NCBI GenBank assembly: GCA_013152535.1
Contig: JAADGE010000001.1
Coordinates: forward strand, 7 to 64,006
Length of the DNA stretch: 64,000 nt
Source of the DNA: Chlorobiota bacterium
Lineage (GTDB): Bacteria; Bacteroidota; Bacteroidia; Bacteroidales; JAADGE01
Reading direction: 5' to 3'
This document shows positions 29,533 to 38,380 of this stretch, in pieces. Made by a program: the position numbers and the translations under genes. The stretch's first letter is position 1. Every line of letters starts with the position of its first letter. The notes beneath the pieces are model-generated. The model made no database searches and had not been told where the DNA came from. It saw only the letters and a list, made by a program, of their open reading frames with translations.

Positions 29533-32500
29533 CTATCGTTCTTCCAATTTAAGTTTAATTTTCTTTTCTTTTTGGTTTCTTAAAACGGTTAAAGTAATGA
29601 CATCACCGGGTTGATGTTCTTTCAAATAATCGGAATATTGTTTTAAGGTTTCAACTTTTTTGTTGTTTAAAGCAATAATAATATCCCCGGCTTTTAAACC
29701 GGCTTTTTCGCCGGCGGAATTTTCAACAATGCTGCCGATTTTTACTCCTTTTCCGGTAAAGGAAAAATCCGGAACCGAACCGGTGCTTACACGTCGGTTT
29801 TTCTTGTTTTTCGGTTTCGAATTGTTATTTTTTTCAGTGTCGGTATTGTGTATTTTTCCGGTATAATGCATAGCATCCTCACGGTCAGCCAAATATTCCA
29901 GAACTTCTTTTGCTACGGCAATTACTTTTACAAGCCCTTTGCCGTCAATTTTTTCCCAAGTATCGGTCGGGCGATGATAATTTGGTGTTGCACCCGTAAA
30001 TAATTGAACAGCGGGAATATCTTTCTCGATAAAAGCAAATTGGTCGCTGGCATCAAGTTCTTTATCAATAACTTCCGATTTTACACCGGTTGTATAATCC
30101 GTTCCCATAAAAATATATTTCCATTCTTTTGCGGTGTTGCCGTTTAAAACAAGTAATTTTTTATCGAATAAACTGCCATCGGTATCAATGTTTACATCGG
30201 CAAAAATTTCACCTTTTACATACTCTTTACGATGTTGAACAAAATAGCGGGATCCGATTAAGCCGGCTTCTTCGCCGCTGCACGACAAAAAGATAATTGT
30301 TCTCTTCGGTTTTACTGATTTTGCCATAGTTCGTGCCAACTCAATTAAAATTGCGGTTCCGCTGGCGTTATCATCAGCACCGTGATGAATTTTTCCTTTA
30401 TCGCCTTTATGCACATCGGGCCAACCGAAACCGAGATGGTCGTAATGGGCGGAAACAACAACCGGATAATCTTTAAGAGCGGGATCGGTTCCGGGAATTA
30501 TTCCGATGACATTGGTAACTTTCAGTTTACCTTTATCTTTAAACTTGTGAGTAAACGTTTGATAATAAGAATCCTTTATAAGCGGTTTTAATCCGGCTTT
30601 TTTAAATGCCCCTGCAATGTATTTTGAAGCTTTATCAAGTTCAGGAGTTCCTAAACCGCGACCTTTTAATTCATCGGAAGAAAGATATTTAATGGTTGAC
30701 ATCATTTTGCTTTCCGAAAAAACAGGTTTTAAGTATGCTAATGCTTTTCTGTCGGTGATTACCGATAATTTTCTTGCATCTTTTGTGAATGTTTTTACTA
30801 ACGGCGAATGTAAAACAGACCATTCTCCTTTGGCAATATTTGTCGGTTCATCGCCGGTAAATGCCAAATAACCGTATTTTCCGTAATGCGGTAATTTTCG
30901 GATTAATCCGGGAATGGCTTTTTCATTATCAAAAGCAATGAAAATATGTTGTTTATCGGCATTATTTTTATCAAAAAGCGTAAAAATAAAATCGTTCCCT
31001 TTTTTGAACAGTTTTTTATTTTCAAAAATGACCGAATCTTTCAAAAAACCAGATTTATAAACACGGAGTTCTTTGTTAATTTCAGGAGCAAATATATTTT
31101 CAAAACCTAAAACCCAGGCTGTTACATTTTTCGGTAAAGTTTTTAACTCATTGTCATATACAATTTTAAAATTGTCATTATCCGTATTTTTCCAGTCTTT
31201 TGCAAATTTATCGTATATTCGTTGTTGCGTTTTATTTGCTCGGCTCGGAACGATTATTATATTTTCTTTGCTTCCCCAAATTTTTGAAAGAGCAGGAGGG
31301 ACTTCATTCGGATTTAATATTCTGAAAACATCGTATTGAGGATCAACAGCTAATTTAAGAGGTTTGTTTTTCAGAATAATCTGATAATTCTGAACTTTTT
31401 TATTCATATTGAAAACAAAGGTTTTAATGCCTTTGCTTGTTGCAATATTTATCGGAACGTCAATATTAAAAGCATTATCCGGTTGTTTTTGCTCAAGTGT
31501 TATAAAAATACGATATTTTCCGCCGAACATATCCGTTTTAACGGTTTTCAAAGCTAATTCCGGTGCTCCCGTACGATAAATCCATTGTTTAAAAAACGGT
31601 TTTAAATCCATACCGGAAACTTTTTCCATAGCTTTGCGGATATCATCATAAGATGCGGCTTTGTATATATTCTTTTTATAAAATAATCGCATTCCTTTCA
31701 AAAACAATTCATCACCGAGTTTTCGGCGAAGCATTTGCCATATCATCAGAGCTTTTCCGTAACCAATAGCTTCACTTGCACCGTTGTAGCGTGAACGAAA
31801 CTTGCTTAGCGGAAAATCATTAGTTTTATTTACGAGATTTGTAAATTTTTGCAAAGTCGAACGGCGATATTCTTCACCGGCTCCGCGTTGTTCTTTTATC
31901 AGGTGGTCTGCCATAAAAGCCGTTGTTCCTTCGCACCAGTTTCCGCCGGAAAAATCGACATAAACGCTGTTTCCCCACCAATTGTGCAGTAATTCGTGCG
32001 GATAAGAGGAATGCAGAATAAACGGAAAGCGGATAATTTTTTCGCCCAAGAGCGTAAAAGAAGGCATTCCGTAGCCGGTTTCCCAAAAGTTTTCGACCAA
32101 AGCAAACTTTGAATACGGATAGTTCCCTAACATACTTTCATACATTTGCATATATTGTTCGGTAACTTCCGAATATTTATTTGCCAATCCTTCGTCGGGG
32201 GTTCTGAGAAAAGCCATAATCTTAATTCCGGCAGCTGTTTCACGAGAATATTCCGTAAATTTTGCGGCAATTAAAAAAACTTCTTCCTGCGGTTTAGTGC
32301 ATACCCAAGTGTCAAAATGTCTATGTTCTTTTGTAAGTTCTTTAATTCGTTTTCCCTGTGAAACATTTTTCCAATTTTCGGGCAATTCGCAAGTAAGTGA
32401 AAAAGTAATCAAAGTATTATCAAAAACGGGTATCCAATAGGTTGATCCGGCAAGGTAAATGCCTTTATTACAAATGATTCCGGCAGATTGTGAAAATCCT

Positions 32501-32892
32501 CTTTGATAATTCTCTTTACTTTGTTCAATTTCGGAGGCAATTTTTCCTTTATACGAAATAACGAAATTCTTATTTTTTCCGGAAATTTTGTATTTTGTTA
32601 ATTTAATACCTGCCTCTTCATTATCTCTGTCCATTCCTATATCGCCGGCTTTGATATTATCTTGAATTTTTTTCAGCTTAATATTTTTTGAATTTGAAAA
32701 AGGAAGTAAATCGGAGTTTAACAGAAATTCTCCGGTGAAATCACCCGTAATGCTTATGCTGTCGGTAACTTCAATTTCGGAAGTTTCGGGATTTATTTTC
32801 GCAAATAGCTTATGATTTACGATATTATTTTTTTGAGAGAATGTTAATATGCTTATTAACAGTAGAATAGTAATAATTACAGATTGTTTCAT
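29533..32892 (-). CDS. Secreted tri-domain peptidase: M1 (HExxH-E) + M28 aminopeptidase + C-terminal PDZ
   Basis: Signal peptide. M1 motifs GYGMPSF and HELLHNWWG...NWCEG. M28 motifs SAHYDHLG, HHGADDNASGTA and SGEEAGLIGS. PDZ-like segment GSIVENSAGEKAGLKAGDIIIALNNK. Confidence 0.85.
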   Translation of the reverse strand: MKQSVIITILLLISILTFSQKNNIVNHKLFAKINPETSEIEVTDSISITGDFTGEFLLNSDLLPFSNSKNIKLKKIQDNIKAGDIGMDRDNEEAGIKLTKYKISGKNKNFVISYKGKIASEIEQSKENYQRGFSQSAGIICNKGIYLAGSTYWIPVFDNTLITFSLTCELPENWKNVSQGKRIKELTKEHRHFDTWVCTKPQEEVFLIAAKFTEYSRETAAGIKIMAFLRTPDEGLANKYSEVTEQYMQMYESMLGNYPYSKFALVENFWETGYGMPSFTLLGEKIIRFPFILHSSYPHELLHNWWGNSVYVDFSGGNWCEGTTAFMADHLIKEQRGAGEEYRRSTLQKFTNLVNKTNDFPLSKFRSRYNGASEAIGYGKALMIWQMLRRKLGDELFLKGMRLFYKKNIYKAASYDDIRKAMEKVSGMDLKPFFKQWIYRTGAPELALKTVKTDMFGGKYRIFITLEQKQPDNAFNIDVPINIATSKGIKTFVFNMNKKVQNYQIILKNKPLKLAVDPQYDVFRILNPNEVPPALSKIWGSKENIIIVPSRANKTQQRIYDKFAKDWKNTDNDNFKIVYDNELKTLPKNVTAWVLGFENIFAPEINKELRVYKSGFLKDSVIFENKKLFKKGNDFIFTLFDKNNADKQHIFIAFDNEKAIPGLIRKLPHYGKYGYLAFTGDEPTNIAKGEWSVLHSPLVKTFTKDARKLSVITDRKALAYLKPVFSESKMMSTIKYLSSDELKGRGLGTPELDKASKYIAGAFKKAGLKPLIKDSYYQTFTHKFKDKGKLKVTNVIGIIPGTDPALKDYPVVVSAHYDHLGFGWPDVHKGDKGKIHHGADDNASGTAILIELARTMAKSVKPKRTIIFLSCSGEEAGLIGSRYFVQHRKEYVKGEIFADVNIDTDGSLFDKKLLVLNGNTAKEWKYIFMGTDYTTGVKSEVIDKELDASDQFAFIEKDIPAVQLFTGATPNYHRPTDTWEKIDGKGLVKVIAVAKEVLEYLADREDAMHYTGKIHNTDTEKNNNSKPKNKKNRRVSTGSVPDFSFTGKGVKIGSIVENSAGEKAGLKAGDIIIALNNKKVETLKQYSDYLKEHQPGDVITLTVLRNQKEKKIKLKLEER

Positions 32893-32993
32893 CTTTTAAA
32901 TTTTTATCGGAATAATATTACAAAAGTAGTTAATATCCGGTTTAAAGAAAGAAAAGTATTACAAATTATTTTGGTGATTTAGTTCTTATTTAT

Positions 32994-33100
32994 TTCACAC
33001 AGATTTCACGGATAATAAATTTTTGCTTCACACGGATTATACGGATTTCACAGGTTACTCCGGATAGTTGTTTTGTTTCACACGGATTTCACATATTACA
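32994..33100. repeat. Array of TTCACAC[A/G]GATTTCAC units / CACGGAT heptamers in the peptidase promoter region
   Basis: ttcacacagatttcacggat (32994), ttcacacggattatacggatttcac (33027) and ttcacacggatttcac (33076). Reverse-complement heptamer ATCCGTG is identical to the 5' end of the REP unit. Confidence 0.7.
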
Positions 33101-33218
33101 CAGAATACTATTTATTTATTGAAGTGTTTTATTCAGTTAAATTTTTTAAGTTCGGTTTTAATTTCATCAATTGTATCGCAAACCGATAAAATTAAATTTT
33201 TTAATTTTCCTCTGTTTA

Positions 33219-34257
33219 CTAAGTCTTGTATGTACCTGTAAACCGGGGAGTTTCTTCCGTCCAAAATTTCTTATTCATAAAAATCATTGGGCTTGCATAG
33301 CCGAAACTCAGGTAGTGGTTTTGTGTTATTTCCTGAAAAATTTCTTGTATGGTTCCGGCACTTCCGGGTGAAAATATAATACCGCCTTTGGCAATGGTGA
33401 GCAATCCGTCTTCGCGAACGCTGTTGGCAAAATATTTGGCAATTTTTGTCGCAAATGGTGTGGGAGGTTCGTGTCCGTAGAGCCACGTAGGAATTCCGAG
33501 ACTTTCGTATTTGTTATTGTTCGGAAATTTGTCAATTATCTGTATCGCAGTATCCATCCAGAGTTTATCTTTGTACACAGGTGCTGTGTCTAGTATGTCA
33601 AAAGCATTTTTTAAATCGTCTGAATTTCTGCCGGCAAACCAAGCACCGACGTGGGTTGCTTCCATTGCACCCGGTCCGCCGCCGGATGTCATCAGATAAC
33701 CGTTTTCGGTTAATTCTTTTGAAAGTTCGACAACCATTTTATAATCTTCGGTATTTCTTGCTAAACTGTGACCGCCCATAATTGCAACCACTTTTTTTTC
33801 GTCGTATTTCGATAAAAAATCGTAAAGAGCATCTGTAATTGAATGGTCGTGCAGGCGGCGGGCAAGGGTTTCCTTTATGCTGTCAGTTTCTTTCCCGGTT
33901 TCAATAAAGTGTTTGTAAACAATTTTGTCAAATGTTAGTTCGTATGTTTCCGGTTTTCCGAGTTCGTATTCGCCGTATAAATCGTTCTTGTCATATAATC
34001 GGTTGGGGTAGATATTATAAGGAACATTTAATTTCGGAAATATGTAATTTTCTTCTTCAATATGATATTTTACTTTTTCGTTCATCGTGGTTCATCGTGC
34101 AGCCAAGAAAGAGACAGTTGCTGAAATAAAATCGAAAAAAATCTTCTTCAAATTCAGTTAAATCAACATCTTGAAAAGCAACTTTATCAATAATATCTCC
34201 CGGTTTTCTGAAAAGGTGCTTCAGTTCTTTTTGGGTTTCGATTTCGGCGTATTTCAT
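33219..34257 (-). pseudogene. LOG-family (TIGR00730/PpnN-like nucleotide N-glycosidase) protein split by a +10-nt frameshift
   Basis: LOG motifs SGGGPGAMEA and PGSAGTIQE lie in 33219..34085. A 66-aa ORF (34057..34257) overlaps the start in another frame. Removing one copy of the 10-bp duplication at 34080-34099 gives a continuous ...FSNCLFLGCTMNEKVKYHIEEE... Confidence 0.8.
34080..34099. repeat. Perfect 10-bp tandem duplication gttcatcgtg x2 (frameshifting lesion in the LOG-family gene)
   Basis: Read directly: tttttc gttcatcgtg gttcatcgtg cagcc. Confidence 0.95.
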
Positions 34258-34682
34258 TTTGTTCAGATTTAAATGCTTATATTAATATTCAGCAAAGCAT
34301 AAATTATGCCGCTGACTGCCGCCAAAGGAGATAATAATGCAAGAATGCTTAAAACCAAACCGATAATTGCAAATGCTTTACCTCTAGTTTGTCTTTATAA
34401 ACCCGAAACAGCAAAAATGAAACTTTTTAAAGCGTATTTTTCAATTTTGGGCTTATTATCGTATTTTTTTCAGAACAGTTCGGCTTGGCGTTTATTGATA
34501 TTGCATTATTTTTTGTTGTAAAATGTTTATCTGTTTCTGTACCGAACAGATTTACGGATATATACAGAAATTTTAATGTTTTCATTTTTCTATGTTTTTA
34601 TGATTTATTACAAATTTACATAATCGAAATGAAAATATTAAAACATATCCGGATTATTAAAAACTTGCAGTATGAACTTTAT

Positions 34683-34708
34683 CCGTGCCACGCTGCAGCG
34701 TGGCACGG
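34683..34708 (+). repeat. REP-like 26-bp perfect palindrome, copy 1
   Basis: ccgtgccacgctgcagcgtggcacgg with flanks tat...ta, 19 nt downstream of the stop of the 34728..37289 gene. Confidence 0.9.
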
Positions 34709-34727
34709 TATTATAAATGATTATTAA

Positions 34728-37289
34728 TCAATATGTCCATTTTTTTGTATAAGAATTAAAGGGGCTGATACCGATTTTAAAAGTAAAATTGGTATTTGAT
34801 AGTGTATTATCAGCTGTTACGGCATAAATTCCCAATCTGAAAAGTTGGTCTTTTATTCTGATTACACGCTCCAATCCGGCAAACATTTCAAAATGATAAA
34901 ACCTGTCTTTCGGAATGCTCATAGTTCCGACACCGCCGGCAAGTGAAATTTTCAAATAACTGATTAACGGAATTTTGTTTAAAATTGCCCCATTAAAGTG
35001 GTGAATGTAATTGGCCCGAAAAAATTCATTATTGGTATTCAGCGTAGGACCGAGCAATTGAAAAGATTTTAATGGGTCGGAAAATATAATAATGTCGGAA
35101 CCTCTGAAATATTTGTATTCTAACAGTCGCAAATGTTGTTTATTGGTAAATATTCCTGCCGTTATCTGCCATCTTGAAGAACCGAAACGTGCCAATTGAT
35201 GTTCCGCTTTTGCTCCGATTTCAAAATAATCAAAATTTACTTCGCTGCCTAAAATATCGGGAATGCCTTTTCGGTATGTGAAAAACAGTTCAGGATAATC
35301 TTTACCAATAATTATTTTTTTATTGCCTTTAATCAGGTATTTTTGGTTTATTCTATATGTTAACTTTAGCTTTAGTTCACTTTTGGTATATCGCTTAAAA
35401 TCAATAGGTTCATTAAGTTCTCCGAAAATTTCTTTTGACCATTCGGACAGTTGCAAGTCGGATATGGGATTTTGGTCGGAATAGAGTAAGGTTAATTCGG
35501 CAAACAATCCGTTAATTATTTCAATTCGTTGTCGAATTTGTATCGACTTTGTATTCACATAATTACTGCGGCTGAATATTTGCTCGAAAGAGGCATAATT
35601 GTTTATTAATTCATAAGTATTTCCGACATCAATAAAGGTTCGGATAAATTTTTTCGGGTAATACGTTAATCCGATGCCGAGTTTTCCTTTAAGGTCTTTG
35701 TTATTAAAACCGTAATCTATTGCTTCGGTTGTTTCTAAAAGCATTCCGTTATGAAACTCTTTGTTGAAATACAGAGGAAGTTTATGTCGGTATCCGCCGA
35801 TTCCGAACGGAACAAGCTGTTCTAAAATTCCGCCTATGTGAAATTCCGTTCCCGTATAATGATTTTTATGTCCCCAGCCGGCAATTGGTGTGTACCAATA
35901 CAGTCGGTTAAAAATTGAATCTTGTTTGTCAAGAAATTCATTACTTTTGTAATAACGCTGCAGACTGTCGGTTTTTGAGATGAATTTTAACTCCCCTGGT
36001 TTCAGCGAAAGCAAACGATTTTTTGCCCAATATACAGAGTCTTTTTCAAATGCGTCTTTTTCGTATGTTTTTATTTCATTATTAAATATTTTTTTATTTA
36101 TCTCAATATTAACACTGTAATTTTGGTATTTAATTTTAGTTTCTCCGAGAATATTTTTTTTGCCGTCTTTTACGGTGTAAATAATATTTAATTTTGACGG
36201 CAGATAAATACCGGTTTTAATTTGTTTGCAGTTGATAATAATTCTGAAATTTTTATAAAGCATTAATGCCGACGGATTTATTGATAAATCGGCTGCCGCA
36301 AGTGCCCAAGTACTGTCTTCTATAAAAATATTTCCTTTGAATAAAGCGGCATTCTTGTTTATCGGCAGTACACTGAGTTTGAATATTTTCTTACCGTTTT
36401 CGGTAAATGTTTCAATGTATTTGTACTTATAATTTAGAAATGAACTTGAGGCAATCGGTGATTTTAAAGGTTGGTTGCATAATTGCGGAATATCAAGAAG
36501 ATTTTTATAAAAATTGAAAGTTGCCGCTGTATTTTCAGTTTCAAACAAATACAGATTTGATGCGGAATATTGTTTCGGCGTAATTTCATCATCGGGAATG
36601 CCTGCTTGTACGGTAATTGATCTGCCGAGAGGTTTTTGTTCCGAAAAATCGTGAAATGCTTTGATGCTTTCTTTGTATTTATCCGGATTTTCGTAATACA
36701 CTTCCGCAATGTATTCAATAAGATTTAGTTTGTCTTTTTTAAGGTAAGAATTAATATCGTGATTTTTTTTTGAAATTGTGTTCGTTACCGATGTCGTATC
36801 TCCGTGTTTTATCTTAAAAGTATCTTTTGCCCGGTATTCCTTTTCAAAAGAAGTTTTAACATAAATTTCACATTGATAGTTTTTTACATTATTTAAGTAA
36901 TCTTTTCGTTTATCACGAACATTTTTCATAATACGTTTTGCTCGGTCGATTTTATCGGCAACAATTTCGACTTCTTCAATAGACGAAACAGCTCTTTTCA
37001 GTTTAATATTAATTTTCAGATATTGATTTCCGGTTAATTTTATTTTCTTTTCAAACTTTTCATATCCGAGAAATGAATATATTAAGGTATAAGTTCCGGC
37101 TTTAAGTTCCAGAAAATATTTTCCTTCAAAATTTGCAGAAACACCTGTGGTAGAATTCTTTATAAAAACGGAAGCGAAGGGCAGGGGAGTGCCTGTTTCA
37201 TCTGTTATTGTTCCGGAGATAACGGCGGAGTTTGAAATTTTACCGTTAAAGAGTGCAACAAGAAGTAACAGAAGAAATTTAAATTTCAT
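34728..37289 (-). CDS. CarboxypepD_reg-like domain outer-membrane protein (DUF5686-like)
   Basis: Signal peptide. N-terminal segment ISGTITDETGTPLPFASVFIKNSTTGVSANFEGKYFLELKAGTYTLIYSFLGYE. An ~750-aa beta-rich body without a TonB plug motif. Confidence 0.7.
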   Translation of the reverse strand: MKFKFLLLLLVALFNGKISNSAVISGTITDETGTPLPFASVFIKNSTTGVSANFEGKYFLELKAGTYTLIYSFLGYEKFEKKIKLTGNQYLKINIKLKRAVSSIEEVEIVADKIDRAKRIMKNVRDKRKDYLNNVKNYQCEIYVKTSFEKEYRAKDTFKIKHGDTTSVTNTISKKNHDINSYLKKDKLNLIEYIAEVYYENPDKYKESIKAFHDFSEQKPLGRSITVQAGIPDDEITPKQYSASNLYLFETENTAATFNFYKNLLDIPQLCNQPLKSPIASSSFLNYKYKYIETFTENGKKIFKLSVLPINKNAALFKGNIFIEDSTWALAAADLSINPSALMLYKNFRIIINCKQIKTGIYLPSKLNIIYTVKDGKKNILGETKIKYQNYSVNIEINKKIFNNEIKTYEKDAFEKDSVYWAKNRLLSLKPGELKFISKTDSLQRYYKSNEFLDKQDSIFNRLYWYTPIAGWGHKNHYTGTEFHIGGILEQLVPFGIGGYRHKLPLYFNKEFHNGMLLETTEAIDYGFNNKDLKGKLGIGLTYYPKKFIRTFIDVGNTYELINNYASFEQIFSRSNYVNTKSIQIRQRIEIINGLFAELTLLYSDQNPISDLQLSEWSKEIFGELNEPIDFKRYTKSELKLKLTYRINQKYLIKGNKKIIIGKDYPELFFTYRKGIPDILGSEVNFDYFEIGAKAEHQLARFGSSRWQITAGIFTNKQHLRLLEYKYFRGSDIIIFSDPLKSFQLLGPTLNTNNEFFRANYIHHFNGAILNKIPLISYLKISLAGGVGTMSIPKDRFYHFEMFAGLERVIRIKDQLFRLGIYAVTADNTLSNTNFTFKIGISPFNSYTKKWTY

Positions 37290-37353
37290 TATTTGTTTTT
37301 ACGGTTACGGAATAATAACGTATAAATTTGTGATTTGTTACATTTTATATATT

Positions 37354-37401
37354 ATCCGTGCCGCTACATAATGAACCGTGCCACGCTGCAGCGTGGCACG
37401 G
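37354..37401 (-). repeat. REP-like palindrome copy 2 (37376-37401, inverted orientation) preceded by a truncated REP half (37354-37368)
   Basis: atccgtgccgctaca-taatgaa-ccgtgccacgctgcagcgtggcacgg-at. Confidence 0.9.
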
Positions 37402-37427
37402 ATTTGATTACGGGTTTGGTTAATATG

Positions 37428-38321
37428 TTATTCCAAATCTTCTAAAATATCTTTCGTAAATTTTGCCAAAGGTCGTTTATGAACTTCATCGTCCGAGATA
37501 TAATTACCGAAAATAATTCCTTTCAGTTGCTCAAAATTTTTAAATAAAGTTCCTTCATACTGTTTATAAAGAGTTTCAAGGTAGTCGTCCGAATACATAT
37601 ATTGTTTTTTTATGAGTTCAAGAGCAATGTCCGAATGTTTTTCGTAGATATCATTTAATCTGAAAGTTGAAATTGTATTTTTTGTTTTAATATCTTCATT
37701 ATCGTTTTCTTTAAGTTCAATTCTTATTCCTTTCGTTGAATGATAAAAACTCGGTTTAACAATTTTTAAATGAAATTTTGCACGTGAATTAAAATCATCT
37801 TCATAGGGGTGCAAGTGTTTTTCTTCGTAAAAATCCTTTGTTGTTTTAAATTTGCTGTTACATATTGAACAAGACGGAATTAAGTTGTAAAAAGATAATG
37901 ACAGAAACGGATATCGTGATTTATCATAAAAATGGTCAAAAGTTGCCAAAACTCTTGCTTTTTGTTTTTTTGTGTCTTCAAATTTAAATATATATTCTCT
38001 GTTGCAATAGGGACAAACAGTAATCTCTAAATTATTGATAAAATCAGAACCAAATTTATTTATAAATTTAGTATAATGATTTTTAATAATTTTTTTTGCG
38101 AATATAAATTTTGCTTTATTATAGTTATTTTTTTCATATTTATACAGCATCTTATTTAACTCAACAGGTCTTGCTTTTATTAAAAATTCAAAATCTCCAT
38201 TATAAATATCTTTGAAAAATAAAAAAGACTGTCTTATTCTATTATTATTGATAATAGATTTTACTTTTTTATAATGTTCATTTACTATATCATCAATATT
38301 TGAATGTGTAATAACTATCAT
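37428..38321 (-). CDS. Zinc-finger HNH nuclease (PtuB-like / HNH_5-TIGR02646-like) with N- and C-terminal extensions
   Basis: Core C103-P-Y-C106 ... D129-H130 ... N146-L ... C151-S-I-C154-N155-x-K (VCPYCNREY...TFDHFYDKSRYP...YNLIPSCSICNSKF). Very AT-rich coding sequence. Confidence 0.7.
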   Translation of the reverse strand: MIVITHSNIDDIVNEHYKKVKSIINNNRIRQSFLFFKDIYNGDFEFLIKARPVELNKMLYKYEKNNYNKAKFIFAKKIIKNHYTKFINKFGSDFINNLEITVCPYCNREYIFKFEDTKKQKARVLATFDHFYDKSRYPFLSLSFYNLIPSCSICNSKFKTTKDFYEEKHLHPYEDDFNSRAKFHLKIVKPSFYHSTKGIRIELKENDNEDIKTKNTISTFRLNDIYEKHSDIALELIKKQYMYSDDYLETLYKQYEGTLFKNFEQLKGIIFGNYISDDEVHKRPLAKFTKDILEDLE

Positions 38322-38338
38322 TATTATTTAAGGTTTAT

Positions 38339-38364
38339 CCGTGCCACGCTACAGCGTGGCACGG
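38339..38364 (+). repeat. REP-like palindrome copy 3 (centre variant ctACag)
   Basis: ccgtgccacgctacagcgtggcacgg, located between the ATPase stop (38381) and the HNH start (38321). Confidence 0.9.
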
Positions 38365-38380
38365 TTTTAAAGTAACAAAA

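Noticed and set aside
29377-29583. The 68-aa + strand ORF in the spacer upstream of the receptor unit
   Set aside because: It runs antisense into the 3' end of the peptidase gene and has an implausible composition (FRCIFLGFEKTYAFRDSR...). The region looks regulatory or structured rather than coding.
34306-34727. The + strand ORFs 34306..34521 and 34485..34727 as genes
   Set aside because: Their translations are low-complexity with no motifs. They overlap each other and run into REP copy 1. The region is better explained as a decayed intergenic remnant.
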